Source: Pirellulales bacterium (GTDB lineage: Bacteria; Planctomycetota; Planctomycetia; Pirellulales; PALSA-1355). From it: DNA of 64,000 nucleotides. This document shows, piece by piece, positions 10,035 to 19,599 of this stretch. Both the position numbers and the translations under genes were made by a program. Location: the NCBI GenBank assembly GCA_963733035.1, contig CAVTBU010000006.1, forward strand, positions 96,001 through 160,000, in the 5' to 3' direction. Under the pieces are notes generated by a model. It did not search any database, was not told where the DNA came from, and worked only from the letters and a program-made list of their open reading frames with translations. The stretch's first letter is position 1. Each line of letters begins with the position of its first letter.

Positions 10035-12029
10035 ATGCCAACTATTCATGCTTATTTGCGATGGTTCTTTACGTGGGCAATTGTCGTCTTGGGAGTCTTT
10101 GGGCCCGCCGGCTTTGTCACGGCTGATGATTTACGTCCGCTTGAATACCACAATCCGGGCCTCGTCGTCGACTTAGGTGTCGGCCTGTGGGCCTGGCCAG
10201 TGCCGTGCGACGCTGACGGCGACGGTGACTACGATCTGATCGTCTCCTGCCCCGACAAGCCGTACAACGGCGTGTGGTTGTTCGAAAACACCACTGGTGA
10301 CACGTCACAGCACAAGTTTCCGGTCTTCGAGTCGCCTAAGCGACTTAGCAAAACGGTGCACTACGTGCTTCCCAGCTACGTCGACGGTCACTTGCGAGTG
10401 CTTTCTCCCGGATTCGGATATCCTGACTTTTTGCGATCGGGCTTGGACCGCAAAAAGCCTCTGCCAGCTCCCAAGATAATCCACAATGCGACCGGCAACG
10501 CTCCAGGCCTCCGCAACAAGATTCGCCACAACGAGTGGCGCTATGCCGATTACGATGGCGACGGAGTGACCGATCTCATCGTGGGTATCGAAGACTGGAG
10601 TCATTATGGCTGGGACGATGCCTGGGACGCGCAGGGACGCTGGACGAACGGGCCCTTGCATGGGTTCGTTTATTGGTTGCGGAATACCGGCAGCGATGAA
10701 CAGCCCGATTACGTCGAACCGGCGCTCGTGATGGCCGGGGAAAAGCCGGTCGATACGTTCGGCTGTCCCACGCCCAATTTCGCCGACTTCGATGGCGATG
10801 GCGATCTGGACTTGTTGTGTGGCGAGTTCCTCGACGGTTTCACGTATTTCGAAAACCTGGGTTCCCGCATTTCGCCGCGCTACGCGGAGGGCCGGCGCGT
10901 ACTCGCCAGCAACGGCGAGCCGCTCGCGATGGACTTGGAAATGATCGTGCCGATTGTGTTCGATTGGGACCGCGACGGTGATCTGGATCTAGTCGTCGGC
11001 GACGAGGACGGTCGCGTGGCGCTCGTCGAGAATACCGGTTCATGGAGCGACAACGGTACACCGCGATTTCTGAGTCCGCGCTACTTCCAACAGCAGGGAG
11101 AACTGCTCAAGTGCGGGGCACTTGCGACGCCGGTCGGTTGCGATTGGGATGGGGATGGCGACACCGATCTCGTTTCCGGCAACACAGCTGGATACATCGA
11201 GTGGTTTGAGAATTTGAGCGGTGCTGGCGTGGCCGTGCCCAAATGGGCGGCACCGGTGCGTTTGCAGGCGGGCGGCGAGACATTTCGCGTGATGGCCGGT
11301 CCCAACGGCAGCATTCAGGGGCCCTGTGAAGCGAAATGGGGATATACGACACATTCGGTCGCCGATTGGGACCTGGACGGTCTGCCGGACATCGTGCTGA
11401 ATTCCATTTGGGGCCGCGTCCAGTGGCTGAAAAACGTTGGTACTCGAGAGAAGCCAAAGCTGGCGACCGCCGCGCCGGTCGAAGTCGACTGGCCGGCCGC
11501 GCCGCCCAAGCCGACCTGGACCTGGTGGACCCCTAAACACAATGAGCTGGTCACCCAGTGGCGCACCACGCCGGTGGTGCATGATTTCACGGGCGATGGT
11601 CTGCCGGACCTGGCGATGCTCGACACGGAAGGCTACCTGGCGCTCTTCGAACGCACCAGGCACGACGGCCAGCTCGTGCTCCTGCCGCCGCGGCGGGTGT
11701 TCGTCGATGAGCAAGGGGAGCCGCTGCGTCTGAATTCCAACGCCGCCGGCCGGAGCGGCCGCCGCAAACTGTGCGTTGTCGACTGGAACCGCGACGGCAA
11801 GTTCGATTTTCTGCTCAACTCCGCCAATGCCGATCTGCTGGAACAAGTTGAACAGCGCGACGGGCAATGGGTATTCCGCGACGCGGGCTCGATCGCCCAG
11901 CGGAATATCGAAGGCCATGATGTTAGCCCGGCCGTCGTCGACTTTGATGCCAACGGCATCCCCGACTTTGTCGGAGGCGCCGAGGATGGGCACTTCTACT
12001 TCTTGAAGAATCCACGCGCTTCTGACTAG
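10035..12029 (+). CDS. Secreted FG-GAP/VCBS repeat protein
   Basis: AAGGAG RBS before ATG 10035; signal peptide; about 9 DxDGDGDxDL-type Ca-binding repeats. Confidence 0.88.
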   Translation: MPTIHAYLRWFFTWAIVVLGVFGPAGFVTADDLRPLEYHNPGLVVDLGVGLWAWPVPCDADGDGDYDLIVSCPDKPYNGVWLFENTTGDTSQHKFPVFESPKRLSKTVHYVLPSYVDGHLRVLSPGFGYPDFLRSGLDRKKPLPAPKIIHNATGNAPGLRNKIRHNEWRYADYDGDGVTDLIVGIEDWSHYGWDDAWDAQGRWTNGPLHGFVYWLRNTGSDEQPDYVEPALVMAGEKPVDTFGCPTPNFADFDGDGDLDLLCGEFLDGFTYFENLGSRISPRYAEGRRVLASNGEPLAMDLEMIVPIVFDWDRDGDLDLVVGDEDGRVALVENTGSWSDNGTPRFLSPRYFQQQGELLKCGALATPVGCDWDGDGDTDLVSGNTAGYIEWFENLSGAGVAVPKWAAPVRLQAGGETFRVMAGPNGSIQGPCEAKWGYTTHSVADWDLDGLPDIVLNSIWGRVQWLKNVGTREKPKLATAAPVEVDWPAAPPKPTWTWWTPKHNELVTQWRTTPVVHDFTGDGLPDLAMLDTEGYLALFERTRHDGQLVLLPPRRVFVDEQGEPLRLNSNAAGRSGRRKLCVVDWNRDGKFDFLLNSANADLLEQVEQRDGQWVFRDAGSIAQRNIEGHDVSPAVVDFDANGIPDFVGGAEDGHFYFLKNPRASD

Positions 12030-12059
12030 TCGGACAACACGTGAAGGAGGAACTCTCAC

Positions 12060-13493
12060 ATGCGGACTTGCATTCACTTGGCACTCGTTGCCATTTGCCT
12101 TGGTAGCGCACAAGTTCGCGCCGCCGACACGCCGCGTCTCAACGTCGTGTTGATTCTTGCCGACGACATGGGGTGGGCCGATTTGGGATGCATGGGGTCG
12201 ACGTTTTACGAGACGCCGCGTCTCGATCGTTTGGCCCGCGAGGGAATGCGGTTCACGCAGGCCTATGCGGCTTGTCCGGTTTGCTCGCCCACCCGCGCGG
12301 CTTTGATGACTGGGCGCTGGCCGGCTCGCGTTGGCATCACCGACTACATTCCCGGCTCTCGCGTCGGCAAGTTGCTGCCGGCTCCTTATTTGCACCAGTT
12401 GCCGCATGAGGAGGTGACTGTTGCCGAGGCATTGCGGCCGGCCGGCTATGCCACCGGCATGTACGGCAAGTGGCATTTGGGCGGCGAAGGCTACCTGCCC
12501 GATACCCAGGGCTTTGCCGAGGCCGACAGCGGCAAGGACGGTCGCGGCTTTAGCGGCGTCCACCGGGCCGATCCGCTTACCGAAAAGGCGCTTGCGTTTT
12601 TGGATCGGCACCAGGACGAGCCGTTCTTCCTCTATCTGCCGCACAACTTGGTGCACACGCCGCTTTTGGCCAAGGAGGCTTTGCGGGCGAAGTACGAGCA
12701 GAAGGCGGCCGGACTCAAGCATGCCGAGACGGAGCGCTTTCGGCCTGAGCGCGATCGGCAGGACCGCCGCGTGCAGGATCATCCCGTTTATGCGGCGATG
12801 ATGGAAGACATCGACACACAGGTTGGCCGCGTGCTCGATAAGCTCGCTGAACTGGGCATTGCCGAACGGACCGTCGTCATCTTCACTTCCGACAACGGTG
12901 GGCTGTCGACGAGCGAAGGATCGCCCACCTCGAACGCGCCGCTCCGCGCCGGCAAAGGGTGGCTCTATGAAGGGGGCATCCGCGTGCCGCTCATCGTCCG
13001 CTGGCCCGGCGTTGTCGAACCCGACAGCACTTGCGATGTACCAGTCGTCACGACCGACTACTTTCCCACCGTTCTCGAGATGTGCGGAGTCGCTCGGCAC
13101 CCCGAATGGCACCGCGATGGTGTCAGCATCGTGCCGTTGCTCAAGCAGTCCGATACGCTGGCGGCTCGGCCGCTGTACTGGCACTATCCGCACTACGGAA
13201 ACCAGGGGGGAATTCCGGGCGGAGCCGTGCGCGACGACGATTGGAAACTGATCGAATTCTTCGAGGACGACCACGTCGAACTGTACAATCTGGCCGACGA
13301 TTTGGCCGAACAGCACGATCTGGCCAGTTCCCAGCCTGAGCAGGCCCAGGAGCTTCGCGACCAATTGCACGCCTGGCGAGCGTCGGTCGACGCCAAGATG
13401 CCCTCGCGCAATCCGAATTACACCGGGAAGACCGAGATTCCGGGCCGTGAGCGGCGTCCGGCGGCACAAAATCGTCGGGACCGCGAGAAGTGA
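12060..13493 (+). CDS. Sulfatase (formylglycine-dependent, arylsulfatase A family)
   Basis: RBS GAAGGAGG; signal peptide; NVVLILADDMG, CSPTRAALMTG, GKWHLG, FTSDNG and GKGWLYEGGIRVP motifs. Confidence 0.95.
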   Translation: MRTCIHLALVAICLGSAQVRAADTPRLNVVLILADDMGWADLGCMGSTFYETPRLDRLAREGMRFTQAYAACPVCSPTRAALMTGRWPARVGITDYIPGSRVGKLLPAPYLHQLPHEEVTVAEALRPAGYATGMYGKWHLGGEGYLPDTQGFAEADSGKDGRGFSGVHRADPLTEKALAFLDRHQDEPFFLYLPHNLVHTPLLAKEALRAKYEQKAAGLKHAETERFRPERDRQDRRVQDHPVYAAMMEDIDTQVGRVLDKLAELGIAERTVVIFTSDNGGLSTSEGSPTSNAPLRAGKGWLYEGGIRVPLIVRWPGVVEPDSTCDVPVVTTDYFPTVLEMCGVARHPEWHRDGVSIVPLLKQSDTLAARPLYWHYPHYGNQGGIPGGAVRDDDWKLIEFFEDDHVELYNLADDLAEQHDLASSQPEQAQELRDQLHAWRASVDAKMPSRNPNYTGKTEIPGRERRPAAQNRRDREK

Positions 13494-13589
13494 CTTCCGG
13501 GGCGGGGCATGCCAGAATAGTGCAAACCGGCGGCTTCCCATTGCGGGCCGACGTGGTTGCCGGATTGTGCGATCTTCGAGGCGGGCGAG

Positions 13590-14594
13590 ATGACCTTTGC
13601 TGGTACGTCCGAGAATGCCGACCACAGGCGGCGCGGGTTTACCCTCGTCGAGTTGCTGGTGGTGATCGCGATTGTGGGCGTGTTGCTGTCGCTGTTGTTG
13701 CCGGCCGTGCAATCGGCGCGCGAGGCGGCGCGGCGTGCTTCCTGCACCAACAACCTGCGGCAGTTGGGTGTGGCAATGCAGAACTTTCACGATACCAACG
13801 GGTATTTGCCGCCGGGACGCAATGGCCCGCCGCCGCATATTTTCTCGGCGCAGGCTTATCTGTTGCCGTTCGTCGAGGAAGGCTCGCTCCAAGGGCAGAT
13901 CGACTTCGATCAATCGCCCACCACGGTCGTCATCGGGGGCGTGGTCTACAGCGGCGCGGCCAACGCGTGGGCCGGCGCCCAGGCGGTGCCCGTGTTGCAA
14001 TGTCCCAGCGATACCGAACCAGGCCGCGTGTATGGTTCCGATTACGGCGCGACGAACTACGTGGCCAACGTTGGTAGCGGACGGATCGACGTGGGCACGA
14101 TCACCAAATCCGACGGCGTGTTCTTTCGCGAGTCGCACGTCGGCTTCAACCAGATTACCGACGGCACGTCGCACACCGTGGCTTTCAGCGAACGCATGCT
14201 CGGTCCCGGCACGACGTACGCCGCCGGAACGCCGCTGCCTGGACAGTTCGTGGGCCTTTATATCCTCGAACTGTTCAGCGCATCGCCGGTTTCCGATACC
14301 AACTGCGGACAACCGACCAATGGTTCCTGGTACGCAGCTCGCGGGGCGAAGTGGATCTTGGGCAACTATGGCAACACGCTCTACAACCATCACCTCGCTC
14401 CGAATGCGAACACTTGGGACTGCATGAACCTGCCGCAGCAGCAGGGCTACCTGGCGGCTCGCAGTTATCATCGCGAAGGCGTGAACGTGCTGTTTTGCGA
14501 CAGCAGCGTGCGGTTTGTTGACGACACAATCTCGATCAGCTTGTGGCAGGCGATCGCCACCCGCGCTGGCGAGGAGATTGTCGAGGGCTTTTGA
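13590..14594 (+). CDS. DUF1559 protein with prepilin-type N-terminal cleavage/methylation motif
   Basis: [49 protein letters not shown] and [18 protein letters not shown] motifs. Confidence 0.93.
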   Translation: MTFAGTSENADHRRRGFTLVELLVVIAIVGVLLSLLLPAVQSAREAARRASCTNNLRQLGVAMQNFHDTNGYLPPGRNGPPPHIFSAQAYLLPFVEEGSLQGQIDFDQSPTTVVIGGVVYSGAANAWAGAQAVPVLQCPSDTEPGRVYGSDYGATNYVANVGSGRIDVGTITKSDGVFFRESHVGFNQITDGTSHTVAFSERMLGPGTTYAAGTPLPGQFVGLYILELFSASPVSDTNCGQPTNGSWYAARGAKWILGNYGNTLYNHHLAPNANTWDCMNLPQQQGYLAARSYHREGVNVLFCDSSVRFVDDTISISLWQAIATRAGEEIVEGF

Positions 14595-15159
14595 GCGCGG
14601 TTGCGGCCTGGTCTGTTGCGTGGCCGGCCGCAAGTGCTCATCATCTTGCCAAAGCTGCTGGCCGGAATTCAACGGCCCCCCGCGGCGCGTGCACATTTTT
14701 CCGTGCCTGGCGCCCGTTGGCGGCGTGACTTTCCATCGGCGCCGAAGCGCAAACTGGCCTGCTTCGGATTTTCAAAGATTTCGAGTGGCTCAATTTTGGT
14801 GCACATTGTTCGTGATTCTTTTTCTTTTCCATGGGAGCCCGAAAAATTGTCGAGCGAGTCGGGGTTATTTTTCGCAATTTGCCCCGTGTGAACATCACCT
14901 TCGAACCGTTCACCTCGAATCGAGAATCGGCCGACCGTACGCTACCCTAGGTGCTGGCCCGATTGAAAGCGGTGAAAAGCGCGGAGTGACGCTTGCAAGG
15001 CGGAGTGCCAGAAGAATCGATGCCACGTTGGTCGATCTAGTCCCCGCGGTCATGGCGGCAGCGATGTGTTTCGCGTAAAACGACTCGTCGAGCCGTCGAA
15101 TGCGAAACTCTCATGAGATCGAGCGAGGCGTTGGTTCGCGTGATTGAGATCTCCCACTG

Positions 15160-16364
15160 ATGGATCAAAGCGCCGTGGACATTGCTGTTTTGGGAGCCGG
15201 GGTCGGTGGCGTCACGGCTGCGATTGCGCTGGTTCAGCGCGGCTTTGAGGTCTCGATCTTTGAACGAACGTCGGCACCTGCGCATATCGGCGCGGGAATG
15301 GTTCTGTGGCCCAATGCCAGCTTCGTGCTGCACAAACTGGGGCTGTTGTCTGGCGTGGCTGCTTGTTCGGGTCGCCCCGAAACCATGCGGCGGATCAGTT
15401 CCGAAGGAGAGCGGCTGGGCGAGTTGGATCTCAGGGCGATTGATCGCAGGATGGGGTATCCGAGCTATTCCATCCTGCCGCGGACCTACAGTCGGTGTTG
15501 CTGAGCGAGTTGAATCGCCTGGGCGTTGAGGTCCAGTACGACCATGCGGTTGCCGCGATCGAAGCGGACGGGCAAGGTCGAACAGGCGTTACGTTCGAGA
15601 ACGGACGAAGACTGACACCGCGGATCGCCGTGGGTGCCGATGGCAGAATGAACTCGCGGGCTCGCCAGTACGTGCATGGCGAGAATTCGCCCGTGTATCA
15701 AGGGTTCATCAATTGGATCGGGACCTTCGAATGCGAGGCGGACATCGTAGACGAAATGGCGATTCTCGATGTATGGGGCGTCGGCGAGCGGTTTGGTGTC
15801 GTTCCCGTTTCACTCAAGAAGGTGTACTGGGCAGGCGGGGCAGCCGAACCGACCATCGCGGCCGACAAAACGAAGGACAATCGAGACGAGCTGCAGCGGA
15901 AATTCGCGGGTTGGCCCGCGCCGATTCCGGATTTGATTGCCAGAACGCCGGAAGCGTCCATCCGCAAGATCCACGTTCACGATCATGATCCGATCGAGAT
16001 TTGGCATCGAGATAATGTCGTGCTGCTGGGGGACGCGGCGCACGCGCCACTGCCGACGTCGGGCCAAGGTGCCTGTCAGGCGATGGAAGACGCTTGGCAG
16101 CTGGCAAACTGCCTGGCCGCACATCGCCATTCGCACCCAGCGGCATTCGCCGACTACACAGCGCTGCGGCGCGACAAAACGGCGGGAATCATCCGCGCCG
16201 GCCGGGCATTCGCGGACTCGCTGTTCCGCCGAGACGAGGAGTTCTGTCGCCTGCGCAACCGGCGCAGCAAAGAGGCCGACTACACGGCCACGGCCGAAGG
16301 CATGGCGAAAGCCTGGAGTCAGGGTTTGCCCATCGACGAAAACCGAGGCAGCCCAAGTCGCTGA
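15160..16364 (+). CDS. FAD-dependent monooxygenase (salicylate hydroxylase/UbiH-like); frameshift near 15480
   Basis: GAGVGG Rossmann motif in ORF 15160..15504; GADG and LLGDAAHAPLPTSGQGACQAMED in ORF 15495..16364. The frames join with a one-base indel at SIL(R). Confidence 0.88.
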
Positions 16365-16386
16365 CCTCACTTCCCCGTTGCGTGTT

Positions 16387-17152
16387 TTAAGCCGGATCGA
16401 CCGTGAAGTGGTCACTGGAGGTGGCTACGTCGATTTGGCCGCTTTGGGCGTAGGGGTCGAACTGGCTGAGGAGTTTGGCCAGCGGCAGCTCGTTGAGGTA
16501 GTTGGCGAACAGGAAGCGGAGGATCTTTTGGCGGTTCTCGGTCGAGTCGGGGAAACGGATTGCGTAGGGGGCGGCCGTGCGGCGATACTCGATGCCCTGG
16601 CGAGTGAGAGCAGTGGCGACGTCTTCGGCTGTGTAGTAGGGAACCGGTCGGCCCAAAAGCGCAAAGCCGGCCTTCCACAGACCGAGCAGCATGTTGTCCC
16701 AGGGGGCGATTGCCGTCAGCAGTTTTCCGCCGGGCGCAATTGCGGCGACAAGCTTGTGCAGCGTGTCGTCCAGGTCGTCGACGTAGTACAAGACGTGGTT
16801 GGCCAGGATGAGGTCGAACCGCGGTTCGCCGGCGTCGGGTGGAGTTTCGGCGATCGAAATGGGGCGCCGAGTGAAGCTGGCGAGCCGCTCGGTTGCTTCC
16901 CCGCGGCGCTCGCGCACCGGCTCGACGAGCATCAGCTCCAGCGCTTGTGCACCGCCAGTGCAGGGTCGCGAGGAGCTGCTCGGTGAACGAGCCCGAGCCG
17001 CACCCGAAGTCGAGCATGCGAATCGCCGTGCGGCCATCGGCAAAGCCGGCCAGCTCGCGGGCGTATTCCGCCGCGTCGCTTTCGGCTTCGGTGGCGTGCG
17101 CCATGAAGAACTCGTAGTCCTTATGGATCGGCCCGAAATCCTTGGCTGCGAT
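16387..17152 (-). CDS. Class I SAM-dependent methyltransferase; frameshift near 16950, start codon unclear
   Basis: MLDFGCGSG in one frame; LVEP and FDLILANHVLYYV in the other. The N-terminus reads (I)AAKDFGPIHKDYEFF from an ATC at 17152 preceded by GGAG. Confidence 0.8.
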
Positions 17153-17383
17153 GGCTGCGCTCCGGCTTGCGGCGAGGGTAGACGAGGGGAATTAAACCAC
17201 AAAGGCACGAAGACACAAAGAAGAGACACGAACCAGGAGTAGGTGAAGAGGTCGCTGGTGCAGTTCAAAGGCGATTTCGTCAAGGCGCCAACTGTGGCTA
17301 GTAATGATCGCGGCCAGGTTGACCTTCCCCACGATTCGTGGCGCGCGACAGAACTGGCATAATGCCGGTGAAAGGAGCGTGTC

Positions 17384-17665
17384 ATGGGTCGTCGAGTGTA
17401 TTCGCGTGAGTTCAAGGTGTCGGCGGTCAAGTTGGTGAACCAGCAGGGCTATACGGTCGTGGAGGCGGCCAAGAGCCTGGGCGTGGACGCCGCCTCGATC
17501 CGCAATTGGCTGAAGAAGTTCGGGCCGGAAGTGGGCGTCAGCGCGAGCGGTGACTCGGCTTTGCGGGCGGAACTGCGGCGGCTGCGGGAGGAGAACAAGC
17601 GGCTCCTCATGGAGCGTGAGATTTTAAAAAAAGCGACGGCCTTCTTCGCCAAGCACCAGCCCTGA
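17384..17665 (+). CDS. IS3 transposase OrfA (HTH plus leucine zipper)
   Basis: RRVYSREFKVSAVKLV...LRRLREENKRLLMEREILKKATAFF; RBS AAGGAG. Confidence 0.93.
   Translation: MGRRVYSREFKVSAVKLVNQQGYTVVEAAKSLGVDAASIRNWLKKFGPEVGVSASGDSALRAELRRLREENKRLLMEREILKKATAFFAKHQP
17626..17633 (+). other. Programmed -1 ribosomal frameshift site (A7G) for OrfAB
   Basis: AAAAAAAG at the end of orfA (LKKA), the standard IS3 slippery position; orfB is in the -1 frame. Confidence 0.85.
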
Positions 17666-17688
17666 GATTCGCGTTCATCAAGGATCAC

Positions 17689-18669
17689 ATGCGGGAGTTT
17701 CCGGTGAACGTGATGTGCCGAGTTTTGCAGGTAACCAGGAGCGGTTACTACGCCTGGTGGAAGCGTGCGCCGAGCGTAACCGCCGAGCGGCGGGCGAAGC
17801 TGACCGACCAGATCCGCCGCGTGCACGAGCGGAGCCGCGCGGTGTACGGCTCGCCGCGCGTGCATCGCGACCTGATCGCAGAAGACGTTCGCTGCTCGAA
17901 GAACACGGTGGCCAAGCTGATGCGTGCCGCCGGTCTGCGTTCGAAAATGCATCGCCGGTTCCGCGTCCGGACGACCGAAAGCCGTCACGCCCATCCGATC
18001 GCTCCGAACCGGCTGAATCGGGCGTTTTGCCAGCCGCAGCCCGATCGGGCCTGGGCGGCCGACATCACGTACGTCCGCACGGCCGAGGGCTGGCTGTACT
18101 TGGCGGTGGTGATCGACTTGTGTTCGCGGAAGATCGTGGGCTGGGCCACCAGCGATTCGCTGGCTGCGGACTTGTGCTTGCGGGCGCTGCGGTTGGCGAT
18201 CGAGCAGCGGCGGCCGCAGAACGAGGTGTTGCATCACAGCGATCGGGGCGTGCAGTACGCCTGCGACGACTACCAGGGCTTGCTCACGCGGTATGGCCTG
18301 CAAGCCAGCATGAGTCGCCGTGGCAACTGCTACGACAATGCCGTCGCGGAAAGCTTCTTCGGCACGCTGAAGACGGAGCTGGTGTATCACGAACAGTACA
18401 CGACTCAAGAGGTCGCTCGACAAAGCCTGTTTGAATACATCGAAGTGTTCTACAATCGTCGTCGGCGTCATTCGTCGCTGGGGCACTTGAGCCCGGTGGA
18501 GTACGAAGAAAGCCTCGCCAGCGGCGCCCCAGCCTTCCGGCGGACTCTGGCAGATACCGCTCTCCAAGCATCATCCGCCCACGAGCACCGCGACCGCGCA
18601 AGACCCGCGAAGGGTCTCGCGGGTCGCCAACCCAATACCCCAAACTCAAACCCAATGTCCAACAAATAA
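17689..18669 (+). CDS. IS3 transposase OrfB (DDE integrase core)
   Basis: YGSPRV, WAADITY, HSDRGVQY, GNCYDNAVAESFF and YNRRRRHSSLG motifs. Confidence 0.95.
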   Translation: MREFPVNVMCRVLQVTRSGYYAWWKRAPSVTAERRAKLTDQIRRVHERSRAVYGSPRVHRDLIAEDVRCSKNTVAKLMRAAGLRSKMHRRFRVRTTESRHAHPIAPNRLNRAFCQPQPDRAWAADITYVRTAEGWLYLAVVIDLCSRKIVGWATSDSLAADLCLRALRLAIEQRRPQNEVLHHSDRGVQYACDDYQGLLTRYGLQASMSRRGNCYDNAVAESFFGTLKTELVYHEQYTTQEVARQSLFEYIEVFYNRRRRHSSLGHLSPVEYEESLASGAPAFRRTLADTALQASSAHEHRDRARPAKGLAGRQPNTPNSNPMSNK

Positions 18670-18840
18670 CCCCACAGCGCGCCCACCAAACGTGGGTAGG
18701 TTCAAGGTGGGCCCTCTTCACTCTTTAATTTCGTGTCTTTGTGACTTTGTGGTTCCCTCCGAATTTTTCCATCCGCCGGCGGAACGAGCTTGGCGAGCGG
18801 TTTTGGGTTTGGCTCTGCCAGATGCGACCGGTGCCGACCG

Positions 18841-19389
18841 TTATTCCGGTTGTTTGATGGCGCCTTCGACGGGGCTTTTGGCGCCTTCGGTGTATTTGGC
18901 GCCGATGAGGTCGTAGGTCTTGGCGGCGCGCTCCTTGAGTTTCTTGAGGCCGACGACAAAGTCTTCTTCCTGAAAACTCTCGTCGCAGAACGAACAGCAG
19001 CTTTCGAACGTCAGGCCGAACCGCTTCCACTGCAGCATGCCGCCGGGCGTAACCTCGTCGGTCACCGGGCACCAGATGGTGCTCATGGCCTGCATGAAGT
19101 TATTCATGAAGCGCTGCTTCTCGGCCGCCTTGGCATATTTGTCGGGATCGGCCAGGAACTTTTCCTTGGCGTCGGGCTTGCTGCCGCGGTAGGTGACGCC
19201 CTTGTACTCCCAGGTTGGCAGGCTGGGGTCGGACGCCTCCAGGTACACGGGGCACAGATCGACGGACTTTTGCTTCTCGGGAATCTTCACCTTGTCGAGC
19301 ATCACGGCGTCGGCCGGTAGTTGGGCCCAGGCCGGAACGGCCAGGAGCAGGGCAATTGCCGCGGCAAACGAAAAACGAGCGAGCGTCAT
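18841..19389 (-). CDS. Secreted protein with two YHS/TRASH-like repeats
   Basis: Signal peptide ending AVPAWA; CPV...YKGVTY...KEKFLADPDKY and CPVT...FESCCSFC. Confidence 0.7.
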   Translation of the reverse strand: MTLARFSFAAAIALLLAVPAWAQLPADAVMLDKVKIPEKQKSVDLCPVYLEASDPSLPTWEYKGVTYRGSKPDAKEKFLADPDKYAKAAEKQRFMNNFMQAMSTIWCPVTDEVTPGGMLQWKRFGLTFESCCSFCDESFQEEDFVVGLKKLKERAAKTYDLIGAKYTEGAKSPVEGAIKQPE

Positions 19390-19599
19390 AGTGTTTCTCC
19401 CACGATGGCCGACGATCTGCCGGCGCGATTCTCGATGATTGGCTGGTGCAGGCAAGATTCTGGTGCGGTACCTACCAGCATACCCTATTCGCCTGGTGGG
19501 CGGCAAAGCTCCCCACGGCTCACTATATGCCAACTTGCATCGTCCTTTTGCCATCGCATCCGGGCGCTTGGGCAGGCGGTTGAATTTTTCCCCAGGCTG

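Larger units (their letters stand above)
17320..18704 (+). mobile_element. IS3-family insertion sequence, apparently intact (1385 bp)
   Basis: TG...CA ends; IRL TGACCTTCCCCACGATTCGTGG vs IRR TGAACCTACCCACGTTTGGTGG (17/22); direct repeat AGGT at 17316-17319 and 18705-18708; orfA and orfB present. Confidence 0.95.
17195..18754. repeat. REP/MITE-like inverted repeat pair made of tandem NCACRAAG units, interrupted by the IS3 element
   Basis: AACCACAAAGGCACGAAGACACAAAG (17195-17220) matches the reverse complement of 18729-18754 at 22/26 positions. Inner IR GTGAAGAGG (17243-17251) / CCTCTTCAC (18713-18721). Confidence 0.75.

Noticed and set aside
11040..14696. 1218-aa minus-strand ORF
   Set aside because: Antisense shadow of three plus-strand genes that happen to share one frame (starts 10035, 12060 and 13590 are all 0 mod 3). 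High GC3 suppresses antisense stops, and it has no protein motifs.
17195..17235. CRISPR-like short repeats
   Set aside because: 8-nt tandem units without spacers and no cas genes; part of an inverted-repeat element instead.
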